64,000 nt of DNA from an uncultured Planctomycetota bacterium (GTDB lineage Bacteria; Planctomycetota; Phycisphaerae; Tepidisphaerales; Tepidisphaeraceae). A model generated the notes under the pieces. That model did no database searches. It was not told where the DNA came from and worked only from the letters and a program-made list of their open reading frames with translations. Below, one piece after another: positions 28,127-38,806 of this stretch (its first letter is position 1; every line of letters begins with the position of its first letter). The stretch lies in assembly GCA_963841915.1 (NCBI GenBank), contig CAWJEN010000006.1:1440001-1504000 (forward strand), written 5' to 3'. The position numbers and the translations under genes are program-made.

Positions 28127-29365
28127 GTGTCCGATGACGCCGGTCAACCTGCCTTTGAAACGCGCGTGCGGCAGGTCGGTGATCGACTGGCCAAGCGTGT
28201 TCGCGGTCTTGTCAAAGACATTCCGGGCCAGCCCAAGGGGCCGGTGGAACTAGCTCGCAGCGTCGGCGTCAACAAGGTACTGACCAGCCGCCTGCTCCGC
28301 GCCGCCGCCGCCAAAGAGCCAGCAGCCGTCCTGCGTCAGATGCCTGGGCCCGAGCCTTTGCGACAGTTCGCCAAGAAGGCCGGCGACGCGGGCGCGTCCA
28401 GCCGCACCGTCGGCGAAGTTCAGCGGGCGGTCGAGGCATTTGCCGCGCTGATCCGCGCCGAGGCAGGTGATCGCAGCGGCTTTGACGCGATGCTGTCTGC
28501 GTGGCTGCCCGATGACCGGGCCGAGTTCGAGCTGCGGCGTAAGCAGGCGGTTTTCAAGAGCCTGAGCCAGTTGCACGGCCGCCAGTGCGACACCTATTCG
28601 ACGGCCGTGCTGGTCAACGTCTCGCCTCAGCGGCCCGACCGGCTCGACGTGGTGTGGGTTGTGAGCCTGCTGGGCCTGCAGCGGCTGCGGCCGGACGTGA
28701 CGCTTCGCTTCGCCACCCGCCGCATCGCGGGCGGCAAGCAGCCGCGGCGGATTGAGGCATTAGGCGGCGAACGGGCGAGTGCGTTTGACCAGCTGATCGT
28801 GCCGTCGTTCTGTAGCAAGCCATCGCCGACGCTGGAGGCCAGGCGAGTCGGCGAGGTGTCGCATTACCTTGTCGCCGGCGAGGCCTTTGGAGCACGGTCG
28901 ACGGTTGACCTCACCTTTGCCGAGGCGAACCGCGACGAGATGGATCGCACGGTCTCGCCCGAGCAGGCCGGCCGCCGGCGGCACTTCTTCGCCGAGATCA
29001 ACGTGCCCGCCAAGCAATTGGTCTTCGACGTCCACGTCGCCAAGTCCGCCGCCGGCGGGGCGGCCCTGCCGGAGCTGTTCATCTACGACACCTCATTCGA
29101 GGGCGTGGCCAACGTCAACGACCCGACGCGGGACCTCGACCGGTTGCAGACGAGCGAGACGGTGACGCGGCTGTGCGATCCTGCCGAGCCGGTGCCCGAG
29201 GCCCCACGGCACGCGCCGATGCTGCAGCACGTGTTCGCCGCCCTCGGCTGGGAGGCGAGCGAATTCGCCGGCTACCGCACGCGGATCGACTACCCGGTCT
29301 ACGGCACGCAGGTCACGATGGCCTTCCCGGCCCCGGTGGCCGATGGTCCGACGGGCGCGAGGTAG
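28127..29365 (+). CDS. Hypothetical protein, possible N-terminal HTH regulator
   Basis: Long ORF with host-like composition; PVELARSVGVNKVLTSRLL resembles a helix-turn-helix. Confidence 0.65.
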   Translation: MSDDAGQPAFETRVRQVGDRLAKRVRGLVKDIPGQPKGPVELARSVGVNKVLTSRLLRAAAAKEPAAVLRQMPGPEPLRQFAKKAGDAGASSRTVGEVQRAVEAFAALIRAEAGDRSGFDAMLSAWLPDDRAEFELRRKQAVFKSLSQLHGRQCDTYSTAVLVNVSPQRPDRLDVVWVVSLLGLQRLRPDVTLRFATRRIAGGKQPRRIEALGGERASAFDQLIVPSFCSKPSPTLEARRVGEVSHYLVAGEAFGARSTVDLTFAEANRDEMDRTVSPEQAGRRRHFFAEINVPAKQLVFDVHVAKSAAGGAALPELFIYDTSFEGVANVNDPTRDLDRLQTSETVTRLCDPAEPVPEAPRHAPMLQHVFAALGWEASEFAGYRTRIDYPVYGTQVTMAFPAPVADGPTGAR

Positions 29366-29374
29366 CCTAGTTCG

Positions 29375-29911
29375 TCACGCCTCGGCCTTCGCCTCATCCT
29401 CCCGAAGCCGCCCGCATTCGGGGCAGACGCCGCTGGTGTTGCCGGTGAGGTCGTAGCCGCAGGCGGAGCAGACACGCGGCAGTCGCTCCGCAACGGCTCT
29501 TGGAAGGTTGAACCACGCACCAGCAACCTGCCCGAAAGCTGCTGCTAAAGCTGGTAAACTGATCAACGGCAACAGGAAACACAGGTTACTCAAGAGGCGG
29601 GTCATTGTTGAGGAACGAGATGACGCCATCAGGACGATCAACAAAGCCACTTGAATTGCTAGCCCAATCGCACCGCCCGTTACAGTCCAAGACTTCGCGA
29701 GTTCGACGGCGCGTCGCACGGCACGAGTGACCTCGTCATCCCCGATATCCGACGGTAGTGCCCAACGACGTCTGACCCGGCCAGTCAAAGCACGCTGAAG
29801 TGGATCGGTTGGCAGCGGTGTGGCGACGACGCGTCGGATGAAGCTACGAAGCGTCACTATAATGTTGTATGGCCGGCCTCCTCGCGACGCTGTTCGGCCG
29901 GAACGGTTCAA
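29375..29911 (-). CDS. Membrane protein with C-terminal zinc ribbon
   Basis: Two TM helices then CSACGYDLTGNTSGVCPECG; start uncertain. Confidence 0.7.
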   Translation of the reverse strand: MNRSGRTASRGGRPYNIIVTLRSFIRRVVATPLPTDPLQRALTGRVRRRWALPSDIGDDEVTRAVRRAVELAKSWTVTGGAIGLAIQVALLIVLMASSRSSTMTRLLSNLCFLLPLISLPALAAAFGQVAGAWFNLPRAVAERLPRVCSACGYDLTGNTSGVCPECGRLREDEAKAEA

Positions 29912-32900
29912 CCACCTCCAACGGTTCCTCCGCTACCGACCTCACCCGATTTGACGACGCGTTCGAACGCCGCGTCTTCGACATCGGCCGAGACTTCCTC
30001 GCCGACGCTCGGGCGAATCAGGATGGCCTGCTGTCGCGGCGATTCTGGAATGACAAGCTGATGGACTGGTCGATGAAGGACGACGCCTTCAAAGTCCAGC
30101 TCTTTCGCTTCGTCGACGCGTTCCCGAACTTTAAGACGCCGAACGAGATCTACGAGCACCTGATCGACTTTATGAGCCAGCCGGGCGTCAAGCCGCCGCC
30201 GGGGATGCAGCTCGGACTCAAGGCCGGCGGGGCGATGAAGGGCACGGTCGCCAAGACGATGGCCGGGCAGATCACCGGGATGGCTGAGAAGTTCATCGCA
30301 GGCACGGACGCCGCCGACGCCAAGGACAAGCTGCGCCAGATGTGGGAAAAGGGGTTGTGCTTCAGCGTCGACCTCTTGGGCGAGGCGTGCATCAGCGACG
30401 TCGAGGCCGACGCGTATCAGCAGAAGTACCTGGATCTCGTCGAAAACCTGCCGCAGTGGGTGAACGACTGGCCGGCGAACGAGCGATTGGAGCGCGACCA
30501 CCTCGGCCCGATCCCGCGGACGAACGTCAGCATCAAGTGCAGCAGCCTTGTCGCGCGGTTCGACCCGATTGCGTTCGACGCGTGCATCGACGCGGCGATG
30601 AAGCGGATCGTGCCGATCCTCGAAGCGGCGAAGGCGAAGAACGTCTTCATCAACTTCGACATGGAGTCGTTCGCGACGAAGGACCTGACGATCGAGCTGT
30701 TCAAGCGGTGCTGCGAGACCGTCGACTTCGAGGCCGGCATTGCCATGCAGGCTTACCTGCGGTCGGGTGATGATGATGCGAAGCACGTCATCGAGTGGTC
30801 GCAACGGACCGGCCGCGTCGTGACGGTTCGGCTGGTGAAGGGGGCGTACTGGGACTACGAGACGATCCACGCCGAGCAGATGGGCTGGCCGCAGCCGGTG
30901 TGGCCGGCGAAGGCGCAGACGGACGCGTGCTTCGAGCGGATGACGCGCGCGTTCATCGAGAGCACGCCTGCGTTAGCGACAAACCCCCTGCGAGCCCCGA
31001 CCGTGAGGGAGGGGTTCCAGGGAGTCGTGCAGAACCAGAACCTGAACCCCTCCCTGACGGTTGGGGCTCGCAACGGGGAAGCGACGACGCACACTCGAGC
31101 TGGCGGGGCAAGCTCGCGCTCGGGTCGCACAACGTCCGCTCCATCGCCGTCGCCCTGGCGGCGTTGGAGGAACGAGGCCTGCCGCCGTCGGCGATCGAGC
31201 TGCAGATGCTCTACGGCATGGCCGACCCGCTGAAAGTCGCTGCCGGCAAACGAAACCTTAGGGTCCGCGAGTACGTGCCTGTCGGCGAGATGGTGCCGGG
31301 CATGGCTTACCTCGTGCGGCGGCTGCTGGAGAACACGAGCAACGAGTCGTGGCTCAAAGCCGGCTTTGCCAGCGATGCGCCGGCGGAGGAACTGTTGGCG
31401 AAGCCGACGGGTTTCGAGAGTGAGAATTGGCGTCAAATGTCGCCGGCGTGGGACCTGAGGACGCGAATATATCACGATCTGGCGAGCAGCAGCTGGCCTG
31501 AACAGCGAGCGCCGCTTCCGTTCTTCACGGAGTCGCTACGTGATTTCGCGGATGCAGAGCAACGCCAAGCCTTTGCCAAGAGCGTGTCCTCCGCGACGAG
31601 CCCTGAGCGTGAGCGAGGGGATTCGGGAAGTCGCGCAGAACCCCTCGCTCACGCTCGGGGCTCGTCCGACGAGGAAGTCGATAGCGTTGTCGTTCAAGCT
31701 CAAAATGCTGTACACACTTGGCGCGATACGCCGACCGTCGACCGCGCCCGCTGTCTGATCCGCGCCGCCGACCTGATGCGTGAGCGACGCGACGAGCTTG
31801 CCGGCGTCATCATCAAAGAGTCGGGCAAGTCCTGGCGAGAGGCCGACGCCGACGTGTGCAAGGCGATCGACTTCTGCGAGTTCTACGCCCGCGAGGCCGT
31901 CGCACTGTTCGAGCCCGAACGTTTGGGCCGCTTTGTCGGCGAGCACAACGAGCTGCGTCACGAGCCGCGTGGCGTGTGCGTCGTCATCAGCCCGTGGAAC
32001 TTCCCGCTCGCCATCGCCTGCGGCATGACGACGGCCGCACTTGTCACGGGAAATCCCGTCATCCTCAAGCCGGCCGAGCAGACGCCGGGCATCGCGAAGC
32101 TGTTGTGCGACTTGCTTTGGGAAAGCGGCGTACCGAAGAACGTCTTGCAGTTCCTGCCCGGCGAGGGCGAGACAATTGGCGCTGCCCTTGCCCGGCACGA
32201 AGGCGTCGCCCAGGTCGCCTTCACCGGCAGCGCCGCCGTCGGTCGCGAGATCCTTAAGGCGGCCGTCGAGCACCCGCCGCGTGGGATGCTCGCCCGCCAC
32301 GTCGTCTGTGAGACCGGCGGTAAAAACGCCATCATCGTCGACGCGTCGGCCGATCTGGACGAAGCCGTTGTGGGTGTTCGCGACAGTGCCTTCGGCTTCG
32401 CCGGGCAAAAGTGCAGCGCATGCAGCCGAGCCATTGCGCTCGACTCGATCTACGAAACGTTCGTCGAGCGACTCGTCGAGAGCACGAAGAGCCTCGTCGT
32501 CGGCGATCCGCTCGACCCCGCAACGGACGTCGGCCCCGTCATCGACGACGACGCGGTCGCGAAGATCACAAGCTATATCGACCGCGGGAAGTCGGAAGCA
32601 ACGCTTGTTTGCCCGGTTGCGAGCCCCGATCGTGAGGAAGGGGTTCAGGGAGATCGTGCAGAACCAGAACCCCTCCCTCACGATCGGGGCTCGCAGGACC
32701 ACTTTGCAAGCACGCAGTTGATCCCGCCCCACATCTTCCGCGACGTGCCGCCGGACGCGTCGATCGCGACGGATGAGATCTTCGGACCCGTGCTCGCCGT
32801 GATCCGTGCGAGCGACTTCGACCACGCCCTGCAGCTCGCTCTCGACAACGACTACCGCCTGACCGGCGGCGTTTACACACGAAAGCCCAGCCACCTAGAC

Positions 32901-33158
32901 CGCGCCCGCCGAGAGTTCCGCGTCGGCAACCTCTACCTCAACCGCGGCTGCACCGGCGCCCTCGTCGCCCGCCAACCCTTCGGCGGCTTCGGCATGAGCG
33001 GCCTCGGCACTAAAGCCGGTGGCCGGGACTACCTCAAGCAGTTCGTCGTCCCGCGCGTCGTCACCGAGAACACCATGCGCCGCGGCTTCGCCCCCGGCCT
33101 CGAAGAGCAAGGCCAAGTCGCCGGCGGCGACACGGCAGCTTTGCGAGCGGGCATTTAG
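29869..33158 (+). CDS. putA: Bifunctional proline dehydrogenase/P5C dehydrogenase, split by a -1 frameshift near 30970-30990
   Basis: First frame: FRFVD, DLLGEA, FDMES, RLVKGAYWDYE. Second frame: GSHNVRS, QMLYGM, YLVRRLLENTSN, ISPWNFP, ETGGKNA, AGQKCSACS, EIFGP. Confidence 0.92.
30989..31072. repeat. Palindromic element inserted in putA (copy 1)
   Basis: TGCGAGCCCCGACCGTGAGGGAGGGGTTC ... GAACCCCTCCCTGACGGTTGGGGCTCGCA. Confidence 0.9.
31595..31666. repeat. Palindromic element inserted in putA (copy 2, diverged)
   Basis: GACGAGCCCTGAGCGTGAGCGAGGGG ... CCCCTCGCTCACGCTCGGGGCTCGTC. Confidence 0.88.
32618..32695. repeat. Palindromic element inserted in putA (copy 3)
   Basis: TGCGAGCCCCGATCGTGAGGAAGGGGTTC ... 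GAACCCCTCCCTCACGATCGGGGCTCGCA. Confidence 0.9.
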
Positions 33159-34213
33159 CCGCGGATGCCGCGTTGTTTGATGCGGTCGAGGCTGACAGCT
33201 AGGAGCAGCACACCACCGCTGACGACGTATTGCCAGAAGCTGTCGATGTTCTTGAGGTTCATGGCGTTGTTGAGCGTTCCCATGATGAAGACGCCCACGA
33301 CGACGCCGCTGATGGTGCCGACGCCGCCGGTGAGGCTGACACCACCAAGAACACAGGCACTGATGACGAGCAGTTCGAGGCCTTCTGCCGCCTGCGGCTG
33401 ACCGCTGGCGAACCGACTGGCGAGCACCACGCCCGCGAAGGCGGCCATAAGGCCTTGCAGCGTAAAGATGATGATCTTGTTGCGATTGACGCGGATGCCC
33501 GCCAAACGCGAGGCCTCTGCATTGCCGCCAATGGCAAGCGCGTTGCGCCCGAATGTGGTGTAATTCAGCAGAAGGCCGAAGATCACGAAGCAGGCGGTCA
33601 TGATCCAGACCGGCATCGGCAGGCCGAGGAAGCTGGTGATGCCGAGCTGCATGAAGCTCGGATCGCTGACGCCGACTGACTTGCCACCGGAGAAGATGAG
33701 TGCCAAACCCCGGACGATTTGCATCGACGCGAGCGTGGTGATGAGCGCGTTGATGCCGAGAACGGCGATGAACAGGCCGTTGAACAGGCCGACAAGCCCA
33801 CCGGCCGCGACAGCTACGACGATGCCCAGCAGCAGGCTGTCGGATTGATTGATGACGAGTGCCGCAACGACGCCGGCCATGGCAACGATCGAGCCGACGG
33901 AGAGATCGAAGTCACCCGACGCCAGGCAAAGCAGCATCGTGCAGGAAATCATGCCGATCGTGGCGACCGACAGGGCAAGGCCCTTGAGGTTGACAACGGT
34001 GAAAAAATTGTCGACGAAAAGCGAGCAGGCCAGGAGCAGCAGGGCGAGCACAACGGCCATGCCGGCGGCATCCCAGAGCTGGCCAGACATGCCAAGGGCG
34101 CGGGAGGCGAAGGTGGGCTGACGGCCATCGTTCAGGATCGCATGTTGCTGTTGACGTGCGGCCTGGCTCCCGGCGACTTCGTCAGGGGCGGCGTTGGTGG
34201 TGACTTGGCTCAT
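33155..34213 (-). CDS. araH: L-arabinose ABC transporter permease
   Basis: CTMLLCLASGDFDLSVGS and ISACVLGGVSLTGG motifs, typical of AraH. Confidence 0.88.
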   Translation of the reverse strand: MSQVTTNAAPDEVAGSQAARQQQHAILNDGRQPTFASRALGMSGQLWDAAGMAVVLALLLLACSLFVDNFFTVVNLKGLALSVATIGMISCTMLLCLASGDFDLSVGSIVAMAGVVAALVINQSDSLLLGIVVAVAAGGLVGLFNGLFIAVLGINALITTLASMQIVRGLALIFSGGKSVGVSDPSFMQLGITSFLGLPMPVWIMTACFVIFGLLLNYTTFGRNALAIGGNAEASRLAGIRVNRNKIIIFTLQGLMAAFAGVVLASRFASGQPQAAEGLELLVISACVLGGVSLTGGVGTISGVVVGVFIMGTLNNAMNLKNIDSFWQYVVSGGVLLLAVSLDRIKQRGIRG

Positions 34214-35781
34214 GCTGCTGCGTTGGCCGCGGGGGCGTCGGTGGAAGGAGTCGGAGAGTTGGGCGAAGCGGGGCGTGCGTGCACCTGTTCGCCGGGCAAA
34301 GCAAGACCCAGCAGGCGTTCCTGTGTGAAGTCGCTGCGCTCGACACGGCCGCTGACTTGTCCCTCGCGCATCACAATGATGCGGTCGCAGACACCCATGA
34401 CTTCGGGCAGTTCGCTGCTGACAAAGACAACACCCACGCCGCTTTCGGCGAGGTCGTAGATGATCGAGTAGATCTCGCTCTTGGCACCGACGTCAATGCC
34501 GCGGGTGGGCTCATCGAGCAGGATGACTTTTGGATTTTCGCAAAGGTTGCGGGCGAGCACGACCTTTTGCTGGTTGCCGCCTGAGAGGTTAACGAGTCGC
34601 GTCGCAAGCGAAGCCGTCCTGACGTTGAGTCGCTGGCGGTACTCGGAAGCGTTGGCCCGCTCTTTCGACGGGTTGATGATGAAACCGCCAAGCGAGAAGT
34701 GGCGGCGGACCGAGAGGTTGAGATTTTCCTGCACGCTGCGAACCGGGACGATGCCCTCGGCCTTGCGATCTTCGGGGGCAAGGACAAGTGACGCACCGAT
34801 AGACGAGGCCGGATTGGTGCGGGTGAGCGACTTGCCGTCAATCACAATGTCGCCGCCTGTGCGTGGCACCCCGCCGTAGAGCAGCTTGAGAAACTCGGTG
34901 CGTCCCGCGCCGACCAGGCCGAACATGCCGACGATTTCGCCTCGGCGGACGCTGAGGCTGACCGGTGCCTTCAGCCCGGGGCCGGTGATGCCCGTTGCCT
35001 GCAGAACTTCCTTACCGGCCTTACGCGGGCGGTAGCGGAACAGGTCCTTGATCTCGCGACCGACCATGCGTTGGACGAGCGTGTCGGGCTGTACCCCGTT
35101 GAGCGAGGCGAAGGTTTCAACGTGCCTGCCGTCGCGGAGCACGGTGGCGGCGTCGCAGATCTCGTAGATCTCGTCCATCCGGTGACTGACGTAGAGCACG
35201 ACCTTGCCCTGATCCCGGAGCGAGCGGATAACGTCGAAAAGCTTGTCGCTTTCCTTGCTCGAAAGGCTGCTTGTCGGCTCGTCGAAAGCGATGATCTCAG
35301 CCTTGTGGGCGAGGGCCTTGGCGATCTCGACCATCTGCCGTTGACCGATCGGCAGCGAGCCAAGCGTCGCCCGCGGGTCGATATCCTCGCCGAGCATTTC
35401 GAGCATGCGGCGAGACTGGCTGAGCAGCTCGCCCTTCTTCAGAAACCCTCTGCTGTTGGGCAAGTGACCGAGAAACAGGTTCTCGGCGACGGACAGCTGC
35501 GCAACAAGCTGTAGCTCCTGATAGATCACAGCCAGGCCGGCGTTGAGCGCCTCGCTCGTGTTGGCAAAGACGTGTTCTTTCCCGTTGATGCGGAGACAAC
35601 CGCCGCTGTCAGGTGTGTGAGCGCCGGCAAGCACCTTGAGCAGCGTGCTTTTGCCCGCGCCGTTTTCACCCATCAGGGCGTGCACGGAACCCGAGTTCAC
35701 GCCGAATGAGACGTCCTCAAGTGCCTTTACACCAGGAAAGGTCTTGCTGACGCTATCGAATTGGAGACGCGGCTGAGTCAT
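34210..35781 (-). CDS. araG: L-arabinose ABC transporter ATP-binding protein
   Basis: GENGAGKS, IAFDEPTSSLS and LSGGNQQK motifs; two NBDs. Confidence 0.88.
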   Translation of the reverse strand: MTQPRLQFDSVSKTFPGVKALEDVSFGVNSGSVHALMGENGAGKSTLLKVLAGAHTPDSGGCLRINGKEHVFANTSEALNAGLAVIYQELQLVAQLSVAENLFLGHLPNSRGFLKKGELLSQSRRMLEMLGEDIDPRATLGSLPIGQRQMVEIAKALAHKAEIIAFDEPTSSLSSKESDKLFDVIRSLRDQGKVVLYVSHRMDEIYEICDAATVLRDGRHVETFASLNGVQPDTLVQRMVGREIKDLFRYRPRKAGKEVLQATGITGPGLKAPVSLSVRRGEIVGMFGLVGAGRTEFLKLLYGGVPRTGGDIVIDGKSLTRTNPASSIGASLVLAPEDRKAEGIVPVRSVQENLNLSVRRHFSLGGFIINPSKERANASEYRQRLNVRTASLATRLVNLSGGNQQKVVLARNLCENPKVILLDEPTRGIDVGAKSEIYSIIYDLAESGVGVVFVSSELPEVMGVCDRIIVMREGQVSGRVERSDFTQERLLGLALPGEQVHARPASPNSPTPSTDAPAANAAA

Positions 35782-35830
35782 TGCGGTCCGAATTGGGCGA
35801 CGGCGAGGCGGGTCGATACGGCAGGGTGCA

Positions 35831-36880
35831 TCACTCGGCCGCTTCGAGCAGCCCGTGATCCCGCATGACGGCCTCGTAAGTCTCACGCGTGATGAGCTCG
35901 CCATCGGTGAAGGTGAGCATGTCCGGCTCGTTACCGGTGACGACCCACTCGTACATCATCATCGTCGTGTCGTAGCCGTGCCGCTTAGCGCTGAGCAGGA
36001 TCGAGCCGTAGAGGCCGGTTTCCTCTGCTTTTTCGAACTCGATGACAGCATCGGTCCCGTTGATGCCGACGCCGATGATGTTGTCGCTGGAGATGCCGCG
36101 ACCCTCCATCGCGCGCACCGCCCCGATGACCGTGGTGTCGTTCATGCCCGCCACGAGCCAATTCTCGACAGCGCCTTGCTGAGTCAAGAGCACGTCGGCG
36201 GCGTCGTAGGCGAAGGAAAGCTCCGGCTTCCGCATTGGAGCCTCAAAGATGCGATCTCGCGGAAATCCAGCTTCGACGAGCGCCTCGACGGCACCGTCTG
36301 TCCGCTCCTTGGCAGTCGTCAGTTCGTTGAAGGTCATCAGGCACAGGCCGGTGTTGCTGATGTCCCAGCCCTCTGCCTGCATCTGATCCCAAAGTGACTT
36401 ACCGACGAGCTTGCCGATGTTCTTGGCGCTGATGCCCAGGTGCGGCACGCTTTCAATGGCCTTGCCGTCACCATCGACAAGTCGGTCGTCGACCGTCATC
36501 ATCTTGAGGCCGTGCATCTCGGCGCGGGCCACGATGGCCGGGCCGAGCTTGACGTCGGGCGTGCAGATGATGAAGCCCTTGACGCCTTGGGCGGCAATGT
36601 TGTCAATGGCCGTCAGCGTCTCCTCGCCGTCGGGTACGGCGAGCTTCACGAGCGTGAAGTCTTTCTCGTCGGCCACCTGCTGGGCGAATTGCCATTCCGT
36701 CTGGAACCATGGCTCCTCGGGCTGCTTGACGAGGAACGCGATTTTTGTCTCGGCGTCGCCGGAATCGTTATCGCAACCGGCGACAGATCCCGCGAGGCTG
36801 AGCCCAGCGGCCAAGGCGAGCGCGGAGGCAAGTAGCCGAGCCGGGAGCCGATCAAGCTTCTTCAGGTTCATGGTCATCAT
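35831..36880 (-). CDS. araF: L-arabinose-binding lipoprotein
   Basis: FLVKQPEEPWFQTEW, ICTPDVKLGPAI, TVDDR and GMND motifs; lipobox VAG-C. Confidence 0.9.
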   Translation of the reverse strand: MMTMNLKKLDRLPARLLASALALAAGLSLAGSVAGCDNDSGDAETKIAFLVKQPEEPWFQTEWQFAQQVADEKDFTLVKLAVPDGEETLTAIDNIAAQGVKGFIICTPDVKLGPAIVARAEMHGLKMMTVDDRLVDGDGKAIESVPHLGISAKNIGKLVGKSLWDQMQAEGWDISNTGLCLMTFNELTTAKERTDGAVEALVEAGFPRDRIFEAPMRKPELSFAYDAADVLLTQQGAVENWLVAGMNDTTVIGAVRAMEGRGISSDNIIGVGINGTDAVIEFEKAEETGLYGSILLSAKRHGYDTTMMMYEWVVTGNEPDMLTFTDGELITRETYEAVMRDHGLLEAAE

Positions 36881-37220
36881 GGTGCTTTGCCCGGGTGCCA
36901 AGGGCAACATTTCGTCTGCCACGCCCCAAGGCTGGCGGCAGACAGGAATGAGGACGACGTAAATCGGTAATTGCGAAGCCTCCTCAGTCACTTCACACGT
37001 TGGTTATAACGCGCCCGTCGCGACATGCAAGGGGCAAAGCAGGCGGAGCGTCAAGATGTGCTGTCGTTAAGCGACTGCAGCGGGAGAGGCCCAGTTTTTC
37101 AGTAAGTTTTCATTCGCATTGGTCGTCTGCTTCCTTGCCGTGTGTAGGGGCGCTATGCCAAATCGTCCGATGGTCGCCCGAGGGCTTGGCAACGGCGGCA
37201 GGCCATGGCACCATGGACGA

Positions 37221-38741
37221 ATGCTGACAATCGGCCGATTGGCCCTATCGATTTTCATCACAACGGCGTTGGCTACTCATGCTGCTTCGGCGGCGTCTGA
37301 GCGGCCCAATGTGCTGCTGATCATGGCCGATGACCTGGGTTACGGCGACTTGGGCTGCTTCGGCTCAAAGCAGATCGACACGCCCAACCTCGACGCTCTT
37401 GCCGCCGATGGCGTGCGGGCGACCGACGGCTACGTCTGCGCCTCCATCTGCTCACCATCCCGCGCCGGCCTTCTCACCGGTCGCTACCCGCAGAACTTCG
37501 GTTTCGAACACAACATCGGGGGCGTCAACAACAACGCTACCCCCAATGCCCGCAACGGCATTCCTGCAGGTGAGCGGACATTGGGTGATTTCATGAAGTC
37601 GGCAGGCTATCGCACCGGCATCATCGGCAAGTGGCATGTCGGCCATGCCATTCCCGAGATGCTCCCTAACGCACGCGGCTTTGACACCTTCTTCGGCATC
37701 CTCGATGGCCACTGCGACTACTTCCCGAAGTCGACCGACCGCTTCCTTCTTCGCAATGGGCAGCCGGTCGAAGCGGTCCGCGAGGGCTACACGACCGACT
37801 GGTTCACGAACGAAGCGATCGAATTCATCAACGGCAATGGTCCCGGGGCAGAAACTCACGACGGTTCTGACATCGATGCAAGCGACCCTTGGTTCTTGTT
37901 TCTGAGCTACACCGCCCCGCACACGCCGCTACAGGCCAAGCCTGAAGACCTAGAGCGTTTCAGCCACATCCCAGACGCAGGCCGTCGAACCTACGCCGCG
38001 ATGATCTGGAACATGGACCAGAACATCGGCCGGGTCGTCGACACATTGCGTGAGCAGGGTGAACTCGATAACACGCTGATCGTCTTCCTGAGTGATAACG
38101 GCGGCGCAGTGGATGCGAACAACGCGTGCAACGCGCCGCTTCGCGGGAGCAAGGGCACGTTCCTCGAAGGTGGCGTGCGGGTGCCATTCATCTTCCACTG
38201 GCCGGCAGGCGGGTTGAAGGGCGGCACGACGTTCGAGCGGCCCTTCATCTCGCTCGACTTGACGCCGACGTTCATCAAGGCAGCGGGCGGCGAGCTGCCG
38301 GAACGGCCGCAAGCAACCAGGGGCCGTTTCGCCGACAAGCCGCTGCTCGACGGTGTCGACCTCCTGCCTTTTCTGAGAGGTGAGGCACAAGGCGATCCGC
38401 ACGAAGCGATTTATCTCCGAATGGCACTGCGGCAGCAGGTGGTGCGACGCGGCGACTGGAAGCTGCAGACCGGCGTCCACGCGCTGCCGGAGCTGTTCAA
38501 CGTGCGGGACGATCCAAGCGAACTCGACGACAAGATCCTGGAGCACCGCGAGATGGCTGAGTCGATGCAAACGTTGCTCAATGATTGGCAGCACGCGCTC
38601 GAGGATGCACCGCACTGGCTCGAGCCGCCTTACTGGCAGATGGTGAGCTTCCAGCGTTACCAGAGGCCCTACCAGCTTGTACAGCCGGAGCGAGACGAGG
38701 CCTACTCCGGCCGCGTTGCGGACGTGCGTTCGGACGATTGA
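37221..38741 (+). CDS. Sulfatase (formylglycine-dependent, S1)
   Basis: ADDLGYGD, CSPSRAGLLTGR, GKWH and SDNG motifs. Confidence 0.95.
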   Translation: MLTIGRLALSIFITTALATHAASAASERPNVLLIMADDLGYGDLGCFGSKQIDTPNLDALAADGVRATDGYVCASICSPSRAGLLTGRYPQNFGFEHNIGGVNNNATPNARNGIPAGERTLGDFMKSAGYRTGIIGKWHVGHAIPEMLPNARGFDTFFGILDGHCDYFPKSTDRFLLRNGQPVEAVREGYTTDWFTNEAIEFINGNGPGAETHDGSDIDASDPWFLFLSYTAPHTPLQAKPEDLERFSHIPDAGRRTYAAMIWNMDQNIGRVVDTLREQGELDNTLIVFLSDNGGAVDANNACNAPLRGSKGTFLEGGVRVPFIFHWPAGGLKGGTTFERPFISLDLTPTFIKAAGGELPERPQATRGRFADKPLLDGVDLLPFLRGEAQGDPHEAIYLRMALRQQVVRRGDWKLQTGVHALPELFNVRDDPSELDDKILEHREMAESMQTLLNDWQHALEDAPHWLEPPYWQMVSFQRYQRPYQLVQPERDEAYSGRVADVRSDD

Positions 38742-38806
38742 CGCGAGTGGCGAGAAACGGCAACGCTTTGACGGTGGCGGGCATTCACACTTCCAGAAGG
38801 GCATGT

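Noticed and set aside
30795..31233. putA as two separate genuine genes
   Set aside because: The break falls inside the PRODH barrel, before the SHN and YLVRRLLEN motifs, not at the domain boundary
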